This document shows positions 52,194 through 61,862 of a stretch of 64,000 nucleotides of DNA, piece after piece; within the stretch, counting starts at the first letter, position 1, and each line of letters begins with the position of its first letter. Source of the DNA: Sulfolobales archaeon (GTDB lineage Archaea; Thermoproteota; Thermoprotei_A; Sulfolobales; AG1); assembly GCA_038867615.1 (NCBI GenBank), contig JAWBYA010000002.1, positions 32,001 to 96,000 of the forward strand. Reading direction: 5' to 3'. The translations under genes were made by a program, and so were the position numbers. Below the pieces are notes generated by a model, which ran no database searches, was not told the origin of the DNA, and worked only from the letters and a program-made list of their open reading frames with translations.

Positions 52194-53180
52194 CTACTCA
52201 ACAGCTGGTTCATCCATATATACTATGCCTTCATCAGCATCCATAGTGACTCTCGAGCCTATCGCCAGCGGGTATACGTAATGCCCATGCTCATCCCCAC
52301 CATGGCAGCATGGGAAGTTGATGAAAGACGGTGTCTTTATATACCTCCTAGCCCTGTCCACTATAACCTCTTCGATACTTGGTGTTGGTCCTCTCACCTC
52401 TGGTTCGGGGAACTCACCGAAGATCACGCCCGATGCTTTTTGCAAATGCCCTCCTAGGGCTAGTGATGTGAGGAAGTTATCTATTCTCCAGGCATCCTCC
52501 CTTATATCTTCTAGGAAAATCACCTTACCTTCTGTGTTAACGCCATACGGTGTTCCCTGGATCATTGTGAAGAGTATAAGATTACCCCCAACAACCTCGC
52601 CAGAGGCTCTTCCAGGATTTATTGTTTTTGGGAATGCTCCATCCCCAGGGGGTCTGAGTTCGAGGACCTCTCCCTGGAGGATCTTTAACACCATCTCCAA
52701 GTTGCTCTTATACCTTTTAGCACCTATCTCATCACCGAGCTTCGGGGTTGTTGCTACCATTTCTCCATGTATACTCACCAACCCTGATCTTGAGTAGAGC
52801 GCGTTCTGAAGAGCTGTTATATCGCTAAAACCTATAAGTGGTTTCGGGTTGCTTGCTACAAGATCATAGTCTATAGAGTCGAGAAGCCTTATACCACCAG
52901 CGCCACCCCTAACACACCATATGGCATCTATATCTCTTCTTCTGAAACCCTCCATGAGATCTTTTATCCTAACCTCTTCCGGGGCGGAGAGATACCACCG
53001 CCTCATGGCATACTTAACACTATCGCCAAGAACTATGTTGAACCCGTATTTCTTCAGGATCTCTATACCCATACTCAAATTCATGCCAGGATATACTGGG
53101 TAGCTTGAAGGAGCTACAAGAAGTATTCTTGATCCTGGCTTGATCCTAGGGGGCTTGATCCTTGTTCTCAAGCGGCTCAC
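52194..53180 (-). CDS. S66 family peptidase (LD-carboxypeptidase/MccF-like)
   Basis: APSS, RGG.G, GFSDIT (Ser), GGNL, FLED (Glu) and C-terminal His (CCHGG). Confidence 0.92.
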   Translation of the reverse strand: MSRLRTRIKPPRIKPGSRILLVAPSSYPVYPGMNLSMGIEILKKYGFNIVLGDSVKYAMRRWYLSAPEEVRIKDLMEGFRRRDIDAIWCVRGGAGGIRLLDSIDYDLVASNPKPLIGFSDITALQNALYSRSGLVSIHGEMVATTPKLGDEIGAKRYKSNLEMVLKILQGEVLELRPPGDGAFPKTINPGRASGEVVGGNLILFTMIQGTPYGVNTEGKVIFLEDIREDAWRIDNFLTSLALGGHLQKASGVIFGEFPEPEVRGPTPSIEEVIVDRARRYIKTPSFINFPCCHGGDEHGHYVYPLAIGSRVTMDADEGIVYMDEPAVE

Positions 53181-53265
53181 CGCTAATGATTAGGAATATG
53201 GCGGTAAATAATCCTAACCCGGTTAGACAGGCGAATATATAGATCTGTGTATGTTGTTTAAGGAG

Positions 53266-55023
53266 CTAGTAGGATCCCTTGACCCTTGGGTTTGCTATAG
53301 GCTCTAGGGATCTTACCAACATGTATATTGAGAGCGATATAGAGCCGATAAAGATCCCTGGTATGGCTACCCACCACCAAGCATCTCTCCATGCACCGGT
53401 TAGACGTGCTTGGTTAAGTATACCTCCGAGGGTGTAGGTATCCTGCGCACTAACGCCCAGAAAACCCAGAGTTGCCTCTGCAAGTATCGCGTAAGCAATA
53501 ACGCTTGCAAAATCCAACAATACTAGCGGGAGTACAGCGGGCAATATATATCTAGCAATGATCCTTAGGTGGCCGGCCCCGAGGGCTCTTGCAGCCTCTA
53601 CCATCTGGCTTGATGCTACCGTCATTGCCTGGGATCTTATGATCCTAGCTGTTGTCCTCCATATAAGAACCGAGATAGCTATTATAACAGTCATCATGCT
53701 CGGTCTCATGGACATTGCAAGCAATATCGCGAAGGGTTCGAGCGGTATTGTATATACAAAATTTATTATTGTGTTGAATATCGAGTCAACCTTACCCCTG
53801 AAGTATCCGGAGAGCATACCAACCATAGATCCTATTGTTGTTACAGCAGCAGCCACTGCCACCCCTATAAGGAGTGACATCCTAATCCCCACCATGATCT
53901 GTGCCATGAGATCTTTACCATAGTAATTGGTTCCAAAAGGATGCTCTAGAGAGGGCGGTTCAAGGCTTGCTACAAAGGCTCCATATGATAAGAGATAGAG
54001 ATTACCATCGATCATAATGGCTTTCTTAACACCACTAATCCCTCTAAGCTCTTTCACAGATAAAGCACCAGTACCAAGATCTATCGATACAACAGAACCT
54101 TTAGATCCTATCGCTAACACGCCACCACCTGTGGGAACAACGTGTACAAGATCATCAACCACACCAGTAATAACAGGTGTTATGGTGTCGCTCGACAGGA
54201 TCACCGTGGAGCCGTATCTACCAGTAACGATCACCTTGCCGTCTATGCATGCAGCACTAAGCAGATCCTCGAATACTGGCTGATACGTCTTTACACCCTT
54301 ACCCTCAGCATCTACTACCGAGACCCTACCGCTAGGTCCTACGAAGACAAGCCACGATCCACAATCAACAGCCCACCGAGGAACCCATCCCAACTCGGCT
54401 ATAACAGAAGAGCCGCTATAAGAGTTATTATGACTAACCCTCGCAAGATTAATCCTACCCGTGTTATCCCACCAAACGATCCCATAGTTAGTGGGGATCA
54501 ACCCCTCTACCCGGCTCGAAGCTCTAAGCACTTCCCTCAGGCCTGATAACGCATTACCGCTATACATGGCCACATATATCGAGCCTCCGTCACTGAGGAT
54601 AACAGTATTGTTCACAATGCTTATGCTACTCACGTCACTCTTTAACCCAAGCATTGTGATACTCGGCTTGCTAACACTGTGAGAAAGATCCACGAGATAT
54701 AAAGATCCCCCCGAGCCTTCCTTCTCAACAGGCTTGGCATAGAAGATAAAACCCCTATCAGTAGAGGCTGATACTGTGGCGGAAATGCCCTCGAGTGTGT
54801 AGACCTCTCTAGCCCTGAGCCCGTCGACCATATATACTGATACTCTGTATCTATAGAACACAGTATCGGGATCTACTTGATATAGTAGAGGGCCTAGGAT
54901 TCCGAACAGGATTAGCGAAACCAATGCTATGAGTGAGGCAGCAGCGGCCCTCTCGGATAGGATGATCCTTAACACCTGCCCAACACGCCCTATATATCTC
55001 GACATAAATCTCCCAGTATTCAT
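53266..55023 (-). CDS. Peptide ABC permease DppC/OppC with an inserted beta-propeller domain
   Basis: PPS..HPFGTN..GKD, EAARALGA, AEATLGFLG, AWWW motifs; about 300-aa beta-rich insert after TM1. Confidence 0.9.
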   Translation of the reverse strand: MNTGRFMSRYIGRVGQVLRIILSERAAAASLIALVSLILFGILGPLLYQVDPDTVFYRYRVSVYMVDGLRAREVYTLEGISATVSASTDRGFIFYAKPVEKEGSGGSLYLVDLSHSVSKPSITMLGLKSDVSSISIVNNTVILSDGGSIYVAMYSGNALSGLREVLRASSRVEGLIPTNYGIVWWDNTGRINLARVSHNNSYSGSSVIAELGWVPRWAVDCGSWLVFVGPSGRVSVVDAEGKGVKTYQPVFEDLLSAACIDGKVIVTGRYGSTVILSSDTITPVITGVVDDLVHVVPTGGGVLAIGSKGSVVSIDLGTGALSVKELRGISGVKKAIMIDGNLYLLSYGAFVASLEPPSLEHPFGTNYYGKDLMAQIMVGIRMSLLIGVAVAAAVTTIGSMVGMLSGYFRGKVDSIFNTIINFVYTIPLEPFAILLAMSMRPSMMTVIIAISVLIWRTTARIIRSQAMTVASSQMVEAARALGAGHLRIIARYILPAVLPLVLLDFASVIAYAILAEATLGFLGVSAQDTYTLGGILNQARLTGAWRDAWWWVAIPGIFIGSISLSIYMLVRSLEPIANPRVKGSY

Positions 55024-55988
55024 TACCTCTTCACCCTAGGATCTAGGTATGAGTAGAGAATATCGGCTACCGTATTGCTTGTTATAATTGCAAGAGACAT
55101 TATAGCGAAAATACCTTGTGCAAGCGGGTAGTCAAGGCTATTGAAGGCTATAACCAACTCCCTCCCAATCCCGGGCCATGAAAAAACTGTCTCGAAAGCA
55201 ACAGAGCCAGCGAACGAGAGCCCTATTGTTATGCCTAGCTGTGTTATAAGGGGTAGTATGCTGTATCTCGAGGCATCCCTCATAACCCTTCTTTCGCTAT
55301 GACCCACAGCCCTTAAGGTCATTATGAAATCCTCCCCCATGGTCGAGATCATCGAAGCCCTCATCAGCAGCGCGGGGCCTGTCATTATATATAGTGTTAG
55401 CACCAGGTATGGGAGGATCCAGTGGTATAGGAAGTCGAGGCTTGCTATCTTGTCTATGAAGCTAGTTGCTTCATAGGGTGGGGTTCTCATACCACCTGGT
55501 GGAAATATCCTGAGCTCGACTGCAAACACTATGAGGACTATCAAGCCTATCCAGAACAGGGGGAGGGAGTGGATAAGCGTGAGGATCGATAGTACTGTCT
55601 TCTCCACCATACTACCTCTCTTCCAAGCCATATAAGATCCTATGAGCCATGCGGCCAGATAGGCGGTCGCTATAGCAGGCATAACAAGGATCATTGTGCT
55701 GAGGAGTCTATCCACCACTATCTCCTTGACAGGAACCTTGTATAGAAAGGAGAACCCCATATCTCCTCTCAGAAAGTTTGTTATATAGAGCACGTATTGC
55801 TCGTGGAGTGGTCTATCCAGCCCGAAGGATCTTCTTATGATCTCTCTCTCCTCAGGCCCAAGCCCTTCTCTCAGATATATTATTGTTGGATCTGGGAAGG
55901 CGAGTCTGAAGAGTATAAACTGGAATGTGAGAATAGCTATATAGAATAGAAAAAGAATAGCGACTTTATACAGAACCCTCGGGATCAT
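55023..55988 (-). CDS. Peptide ABC permease DppB/OppB
   Basis: FGLDRPL..QY..Y, GDMG.S, ETVFSWPGIG, DILYSYLDPRV; start MIPR at 55988. Confidence 0.93.
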   Translation of the reverse strand: MIPRVLYKVAILFLFYIAILTFQFILFRLAFPDPTIIYLREGLGPEEREIIRRSFGLDRPLHEQYVLYITNFLRGDMGFSFLYKVPVKEIVVDRLLSTMILVMPAIATAYLAAWLIGSYMAWKRGSMVEKTVLSILTLIHSLPLFWIGLIVLIVFAVELRIFPPGGMRTPPYEATSFIDKIASLDFLYHWILPYLVLTLYIMTGPALLMRASMISTMGEDFIMTLRAVGHSERRVMRDASRYSILPLITQLGITIGLSFAGSVAFETVFSWPGIGRELVIAFNSLDYPLAQGIFAIMSLAIITSNTVADILYSYLDPRVKR

Positions 55989-55995
55989 TATCCCC

Positions 55996-57786
55996 TTAGT
56001 CCCTCTTAACCGTATAGTTAGCCGGGTAATGTATCTTGCCAGAAGCATCCCAGGTGAAGCCAGCCATTGCCAGAAGCTCTCTAGCCTTGGTTAGATTATA
56101 TGTGTATGAGAGGGCGTTTGGGTTATGCCAGAAACTATTAATCGGCGCTATTATATATCCCTTCTCACCATAGCCCTTGAGGATCACATTTATTATGTGG
56201 TCATAGGGTACCGCGTAGAGCAGGGCTTGCCTCACTAGCTTCAGATCAAATGGCGATCTTCTAACATTGAACATCAGATCAGCGTTGAGGGCAAAGCTCC
56301 TACCCTTGATAATAGATATGTGGTCATACTTGCTCAGAACATCTATATGGCCTGGGAGAAGACCTACAGCCGTGGCATCAGCCTGACCAGTTATGAGGGC
56401 GTTCACAACACCCTCGAGATCGCCGTAGATCCTTATAGTGATCCTCGAGACCTTTATAGAGGGCACCTTGAAGCCTCCGGCATCAACACCTTTGTATGCA
56501 AAGTGATCTGGGAACACCTCCATCGATATATACTCCTTTCTAACCCACACAGGGTTTCTGAAAGGCCCTGACCCTACTTTGAGCACCTGGGCCAATTGAT
56601 CCTCGCTCAATGCTCCAGGATCCTTTATATTCTCCCACACATGTTTAGGCAGTATTGGTATCATGTATAGCGAGTTTGTCACGAAAGAAGCATCGGGCGA
56701 CTTGAGGTAGAACCTAACAGCTGTCGAGTTTATAACCTCAACTCTATCTATGTTTCTGAAATAGGGTCTGAAGTAAGCGAAATTGTTAGCTATATAGTAG
56801 TCAAAGCTAAACTTAACATCCTCAGCAGTTATGGGTTTACCATCGTGGAACTTAGCATTACTCCTAATCTTAACATCAACAGATGTTGGTGACACAACCG
56901 CCACACTCTCAGCAAGCCATGGTACAGGCTTACCATCGGGCCCTAGTCTCACTAGGCTGTCGTAGACAAACTTGAGAACATACCACGAGAATATGAGGGT
57001 TGCTTTGAGCGGGTTAATGCTATCAGGCTCCGTGTTAGCAGCATATATAAGCTCCTGCATACCGCCAGCAGCTGGGGTTATGAAATATGGCTGCCACTCG
57101 TGGAACAGAGGTACTCCAGGCATTGATAGCGGGTTAGACCACTTCTTAGAGTTATATGCTGCTATGACGAACGTGTGGTAGAGATTATACCTCGGAGCAT
57201 CTTCGTGGAAGATCTCCTGCAGCTTATGCACAATACTCCTCCTCTCGTTAATATCAAGCGTCACCCTCTGCAGATCGTATAGCTTATCATACTCAGGGTT
57301 AGAATAGCCAGTGGGGTTATTAGCCCCCTCACCCTTCTTGCCGATCTCTGCTGTGGTTATCAACCCCAGGAATAGGTTTGGATCGAGCCTATCGATCCTC
57401 GCACCCCAGCCGAAGACACATACATCGAAATCCCACTCATAGTAACACTTCTTATCAACCTGGGACGCCTCTAAGCCTATTACCTCTACCTCGAAGCCCA
57501 GCTTCCTCCACTCAGAAGCTATAGCCTGTATAGCCGCCCACCTCTGTGGATCCTCAGCCTCCGTAGTTGTTATTATAACTATCTTCTGCACAGGCGGGCC
57601 CATAGCTGGTGTTGGAGGTCGAGTTACCTGTGGGCTTGTTGTTGGTGTCGTTGGTGTTGTTATCTGTGGCGAGGGGGGAGCTGGTGTGGAGGGACCGAGG
57701 AACATTATGTAGGAGATCCCCCCGAGCACTGCTACTATGACGATTACTGCCAGGATTATCGCCCAGATTTTAGAGAGACCTTTCAA
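55996..57786 (-). CDS. Peptide/nickel ABC substrate-binding protein (family 5), N-terminally anchored
   Basis: TM anchor plus Pro/Thr linker; PWLAES, FHDG.PITAEDVKFS, GSGPF motifs; TTG start behind SD GGAGGTGG. Confidence 0.92.
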   Translation of the reverse strand: MKGLSKIWAIILAVIVIVAVLGGISYIMFLGPSTPAPPSPQITTPTTPTTSPQVTRPPTPAMGPPVQKIVIITTTEAEDPQRWAAIQAIASEWRKLGFEVEVIGLEASQVDKKCYYEWDFDVCVFGWGARIDRLDPNLFLGLITTAEIGKKGEGANNPTGYSNPEYDKLYDLQRVTLDINERRSIVHKLQEIFHEDAPRYNLYHTFVIAAYNSKKWSNPLSMPGVPLFHEWQPYFITPAAGGMQELIYAANTEPDSINPLKATLIFSWYVLKFVYDSLVRLGPDGKPVPWLAESVAVVSPTSVDVKIRSNAKFHDGKPITAEDVKFSFDYYIANNFAYFRPYFRNIDRVEVINSTAVRFYLKSPDASFVTNSLYMIPILPKHVWENIKDPGALSEDQLAQVLKVGSGPFRNPVWVRKEYISMEVFPDHFAYKGVDAGGFKVPSIKVSRITIRIYGDLEGVVNALITGQADATAVGLLPGHIDVLSKYDHISIIKGRSFALNADLMFNVRRSPFDLKLVRQALLYAVPYDHIINVILKGYGEKGYIIAPINSFWHNPNALSYTYNLTKARELLAMAGFTWDASGKIHYPANYTVKRD

Positions 57787-58044
57787 AACACCACCTCCAA
57801 ACAAGTGTGACAGGGGCGATTTATATGTATGGGATAGAAATACCTATACTTGCTCAATTGAGGGAAAGATCTTCTGGGTATAGCGAATTATACCCACAAC
57901 ATCAGTATAAGGTGTTATTTAATTAATAAAATAAACTCCACTCCTAGGATATATCAACAATGGTAAGCTGTACCATGACTCGCAATGATATTGTTAAAAA
58001 CACCTAAACATGTGTTGTTTACCCGCGTTTTTAGGCCTCTTCTA

Positions 58045-58971
58045 TCAGATCCCCTCAAGGTTTATTGCTGAGAGCACCCTGTCTATTCTCTCTAAATGCT
58101 CTTTAGAGAGTCTCCACCCGAGGCTCCCCAGGTTATCCACCAAATGCTCCTCTTTTGTGGTGTTGAATATGGGGAAGACGTTATCCTTTATCAGCAGCCA
58201 GTTGAGCACAACCTGGGCCGGGGTTTTTCCTATCTCTGAGGCTATTGCTTTTATCTCGCTCACCAAGGGTTGTATGGCTTCAACAACCTCTGGTTTTGCT
58301 AGCCTGTACCATCTATACTCATCCCTGATCTCTTTTCTACCTATCAGGAAGCCCAGGGCTAGTGGATCGTATGCTTGAACCGCTATGTTTTCTTGAAGCA
58401 TATATGGTAGTAGTTCTTTCTCGATCTCTCTATACAGGATGTTATAGTGAACCTGATTCGTAGCTATATCTGTCCTTGATAGATACTCCCTAGCCGCTCT
58501 AAGCATTGGTAAGGGGAAGTTACTCACACCTATATATCTTATCTTCCCCTCACTCCACAGCTTCTCCATAGCCTTCAGCGTCTCCCTCAGAGGTACGTAG
58601 TGGTGTGGCCAGTGGATCAGATATAGATCTATATAACTGGTTTCAAGCCTCTTAAGACTAGCCTCAGCAGCCTTGATCACGTCGTGATATCTGAGATGAT
58701 CATAGGATACCTTGGTGGTTATGAAAAGCTCATCCCTCCTATAACCCTTAATAGCCCTCCCAATAACCCTCTCAGAAAGACCATTACCATAACTCTCAGC
58801 AGTATCGATAGCATTGATCCCTAGATCTATTGCTTTTCTAATCACCTCAACAGCCCGATCCTCGGAAACTATTGTTGGCGCCCCAAACTCCCAGGATCCG
58901 AGGAACAAGGGCGAGATCTTCTCACCAGTCCATCCAAAAACTCTTCTCTCAACAGGCAAGCTAGACACCAT
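58045..58971 (-). CDS. Aldo/keto reductase
   Basis: IDTAESYG, ITTK, YIDLYLIHWP, IGVSNF; start set at MVSS 58971. Confidence 0.93.
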   Translation of the reverse strand: MVSSLPVERRVFGWTGEKISPLFLGSWEFGAPTIVSEDRAVEVIRKAIDLGINAIDTAESYGNGLSERVIGRAIKGYRRDELFITTKVSYDHLRYHDVIKAAEASLKRLETSYIDLYLIHWPHHYVPLRETLKAMEKLWSEGKIRYIGVSNFPLPMLRAAREYLSRTDIATNQVHYNILYREIEKELLPYMLQENIAVQAYDPLALGFLIGRKEIRDEYRWYRLAKPEVVEAIQPLVSEIKAIASEIGKTPAQVVLNWLLIKDNVFPIFNTTKEEHLVDNLGSLGWRLSKEHLERIDRVLSAINLEGI

Positions 58972-59067
58972 TTGATAAAAAACATCGAGGCTAATGAAGA
59001 CAAGCCAGAAACACTCCACTCTAAATTCTATCAATATTTATTATTAACTCCCTTGATATTCTCAATC

Positions 59068-59120
59068 TGGTGATGAGCGCTCTATCCAGTGATCTGTGAT
59101 CGATATAACCCCGTCTGAAA
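59068..59120 (+). ncRNA. Box C/D methylation guide sRNA
   Basis: C box GTGATGA 59070-76, 12-nt guide, D' GTGA, C'-like GTGATCG, 12-nt guide, D box CTGA 59115-18; AT-rich TATA-like tract about 25 nt upstream. Confidence 0.75.
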
Positions 59121-59337
59121 GATCTAATGCCTATAGATCCATGAATAGTTAACAAAGCTAGAATTCCTATATACATCCTCAACATCGATCCAAGGATGAT
59201 CTGTGGTGACAATAAATCGGGATTCCATAAACCCAGATCCTAATGATATAATCATAAACGTAGTGGAGCCTAGAGATCTATCCTAGCACACAGTCAAGCT
59301 TATAGGATGTTTCTAATTATATATTTCTGGAGACCCA

Positions 59338-60330
59338 TTGGAAGTTCAGATTTTCCTCCTCCTGCTAAGCGGTATCGCGATAACATTTCTCGGCGGGCTT
59401 CTCTTCACAAACGCCATAGAGTATGTTGGTCATAAGGCTAGATGGACAGGATCCTTCACGGGAGCGGTGGTGGCTCCTCTCTTCACCTCAATGCCGGAGC
59501 TCATAATATTTCTAGTAGCTCTCTACGTCTATGGAGGAGATATTGGCGAAAAGATAGGTGTTGGCACGATCCTCGGACAGCCATTCATGGCTGCAACGAT
59601 AATCTTTCCAACTATGTTCTTAGTAGCCTTAGCTGGGTATTTGCTGAAGAGACGTCACGACCTTGTGTTGGAGGTTGAGAGGATCCTGGTGATCCCATAC
59701 ATAATATTCACAGTACTATACCCACTAGTCCTCCTACCTCTACTACCTATAGGCTATGGAAAGTATGCCGCAAGCGCCGTGTTACTCTTATCCTATATAC
59801 TCTATACTGGCATTATGTTTAGATCTAAATCGATGTTGATCTCGGAGGCGGAGGAGATCTACCTCAAGAGAGTGTTTAGAAAAGGCTCCTGGATCCCTAT
59901 GGTAGCTCTCCAACTAACCATCGCAGTCGCTCTCCTAATCATGGGGTCGAGAACCCTTGTCTCAGGGATCGACGATGCTTCGAAAAATCTAGACGTAAGC
60001 CCGATAGCACTAGCCATACTGGTAACACCCCTAGCCGCTGTGCTTCCAGAATCTATCACCGCAGTGATATGGACATTTAGGGGGAAGGACACCCTAGCCG
60101 TTGCTGCAATGATTGGGGAGAAGGTTCTCTACTCAACATTCTACCCAGCGATCGGTCTTATACTCACAGAGTGGGAGATCGATTCCCACGCGATACTGAG
60201 TGTAATAATAGTGGAGATCACATCCCTAATAATCCTCTACCACGTGTGGAAAGGCAAGCTAACGCTAGATGTCGCAGCCATAGGTTTGGGTGGATATATG
60301 GTCTTCGCGATCTACGCGTTTCTCTACTAA
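59338..60330 (+). CDS. Ca2+/cation antiporter (CaCA/YrbG-like)
   Basis: Two alpha-repeats (TSMPE and AVLPE) in a multi-TM protein. Confidence 0.85.
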   Translation: MEVQIFLLLLSGIAITFLGGLLFTNAIEYVGHKARWTGSFTGAVVAPLFTSMPELIIFLVALYVYGGDIGEKIGVGTILGQPFMAATIIFPTMFLVALAGYLLKRRHDLVLEVERILVIPYIIFTVLYPLVLLPLLPIGYGKYAASAVLLLSYILYTGIMFRSKSMLISEAEEIYLKRVFRKGSWIPMVALQLTIAVALLIMGSRTLVSGIDDASKNLDVSPIALAILVTPLAAVLPESITAVIWTFRGKDTLAVAAMIGEKVLYSTFYPAIGLILTEWEIDSHAILSVIIVEITSLIILYHVWKGKLTLDVAAIGLGGYMVFAIYAFLY

Positions 60331-60371
60331 TCACGCGCTAAGCACAAGCATATGTTTCCAGCATCATATAG

Positions 60372-61862
60372 CTATACATATTCTCTGTGTATTGTTTTAG
60401 CCATATCGATCGAGATGCTTATCTCGTGATACATATCTATAGCTCTCTCTATAGCTCTGTTCCACCTAAGGATCGGTGGGTATGGTCTTCTAAGCATAGC
60501 CCTAAGCGCTGTTCTCCTCATATATTTGCAGAAACCCTCGGCTAGATTTCTATCAACACCCATCTCTGCTAGTCTTTTACTACAGCTGGGCTCGCTGAGC
60601 CTGGTTCCGGTGACGCTGTATATGATCTCATCTATAGCTCTATATATCTCTAGGAAATCTTTTCTCCCTAGCTTCTTTTCACCCAGATCCTTAGTACTCT
60701 TACCACTAACCAGCTCCTCAGAACCAATATATCTAGCATCTATCGGTGTGTCTACTCTCCTAGCAGGTGTTTTTGACAGCAATACTAGGGATATGATTAG
60801 AACGGAAGTACTTATAATAAGGATCTTTGCTAGATTTGATATCGCTATTAACCCCCTCATTGTATTGTCGGCTTGTGATACTAGTGGTGGGAACCACGTT
60901 GATGGGTGTATTATCCTCGCTATAGCTGAGGCTAAGAACTCAGGAGTTACGAGGAGCGCTGGGTTCACACCACGGTTTATAAGTGACACGGGATCCCCTC
61001 CTATGTATTTTGAGGCATCGATCAACACCAAGCAGTCCGCCTGATCCATGCATAGATGCCTCAGAACACCCTCATAGAGCTCGAGATACTTATCTCTATA
61101 CTGGCTCCTCATAATCTGGTTTAGAAAGATAGAGCCATCGCCTATCGTAAAAACAGTAACGCTACCGAACCTCTCCTCCATAGCTATTGTGACGTCTAGA
61201 TATATCCTCTGAGTAGATGTCTGCCGCGATTCCGTCTGGTTAACAATATAAGCTGCTGGAACAACTCCCGACACCAAGACCCCGTGTCCCTGATCTACAC
61301 CCTCGATTATTATTAGGCGTGATGCTATATCCAGGGTAACCCTATCACTATAGCCCCACGATGTGTTGAAAACCGCTGCTGGGTATGGGAGTCCGGTCGA
61401 TGGATCAAGGATCCTTGTACCCTCAACCCTGACACGAGACCCTATAGCCTCTAACAAGGAGTTGGTATTACCACTCTCATCGGCTACTAAGAATCCTAGG
61501 GATCTGCACTGGGATAGCTGTCTAACGATCTCTTCGGCTTCGTAGTTGGAGTACGGAATCTCAGGCGATATTGTGATCATAACAGCATTTTTACAACCAG
61601 CGATGATGTTTCTAACCATGCTCCAGTTGGTGATAATAATCGTGCTGGGATACATACCCTTCGTCTCCGAGTAAAGGTCGCTTGCACCTAGAAGACCTGT
61701 ATTGAGCGGAGAAGCCCCCGTATAGATCATGATTCTAGGAGGTCCTAGCTCAAGCACTGCTAGAAGCCCTATGAGGGTTAGGAATACTATCGTAGCTGCA
61801 CCAACGAGGATCTCGGTGTTCACACCCTTTTTCCTAGTATTCGCCTTGGAATCACTGCTCAT
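60372..61862 (-). CDS. DUF4350-like membrane-anchored protein
   Basis: SPLNTG..GASD, ADE.G..N and GDGSIF.NQ motifs; two TM segments; start MSSD at 61862. Confidence 0.65.
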   Translation of the reverse strand: MSSDSKANTRKKGVNTEILVGAATIVFLTLIGLLAVLELGPPRIMIYTGASPLNTGLLGASDLYSETKGMYPSTIIITNWSMVRNIIAGCKNAVMITISPEIPYSNYEAEEIVRQLSQCRSLGFLVADESGNTNSLLEAIGSRVRVEGTRILDPSTGLPYPAAVFNTSWGYSDRVTLDIASRLIIIEGVDQGHGVLVSGVVPAAYIVNQTESRQTSTQRIYLDVTIAMEERFGSVTVFTIGDGSIFLNQIMRSQYRDKYLELYEGVLRHLCMDQADCLVLIDASKYIGGDPVSLINRGVNPALLVTPEFLASAIARIIHPSTWFPPLVSQADNTMRGLIAISNLAKILIISTSVLIISLVLLSKTPARRVDTPIDARYIGSEELVSGKSTKDLGEKKLGRKDFLEIYRAIDEIIYSVTGTRLSEPSCSKRLAEMGVDRNLAEGFCKYMRRTALRAMLRRPYPPILRWNRAIERAIDMYHEISISIDMAKTIHREYV

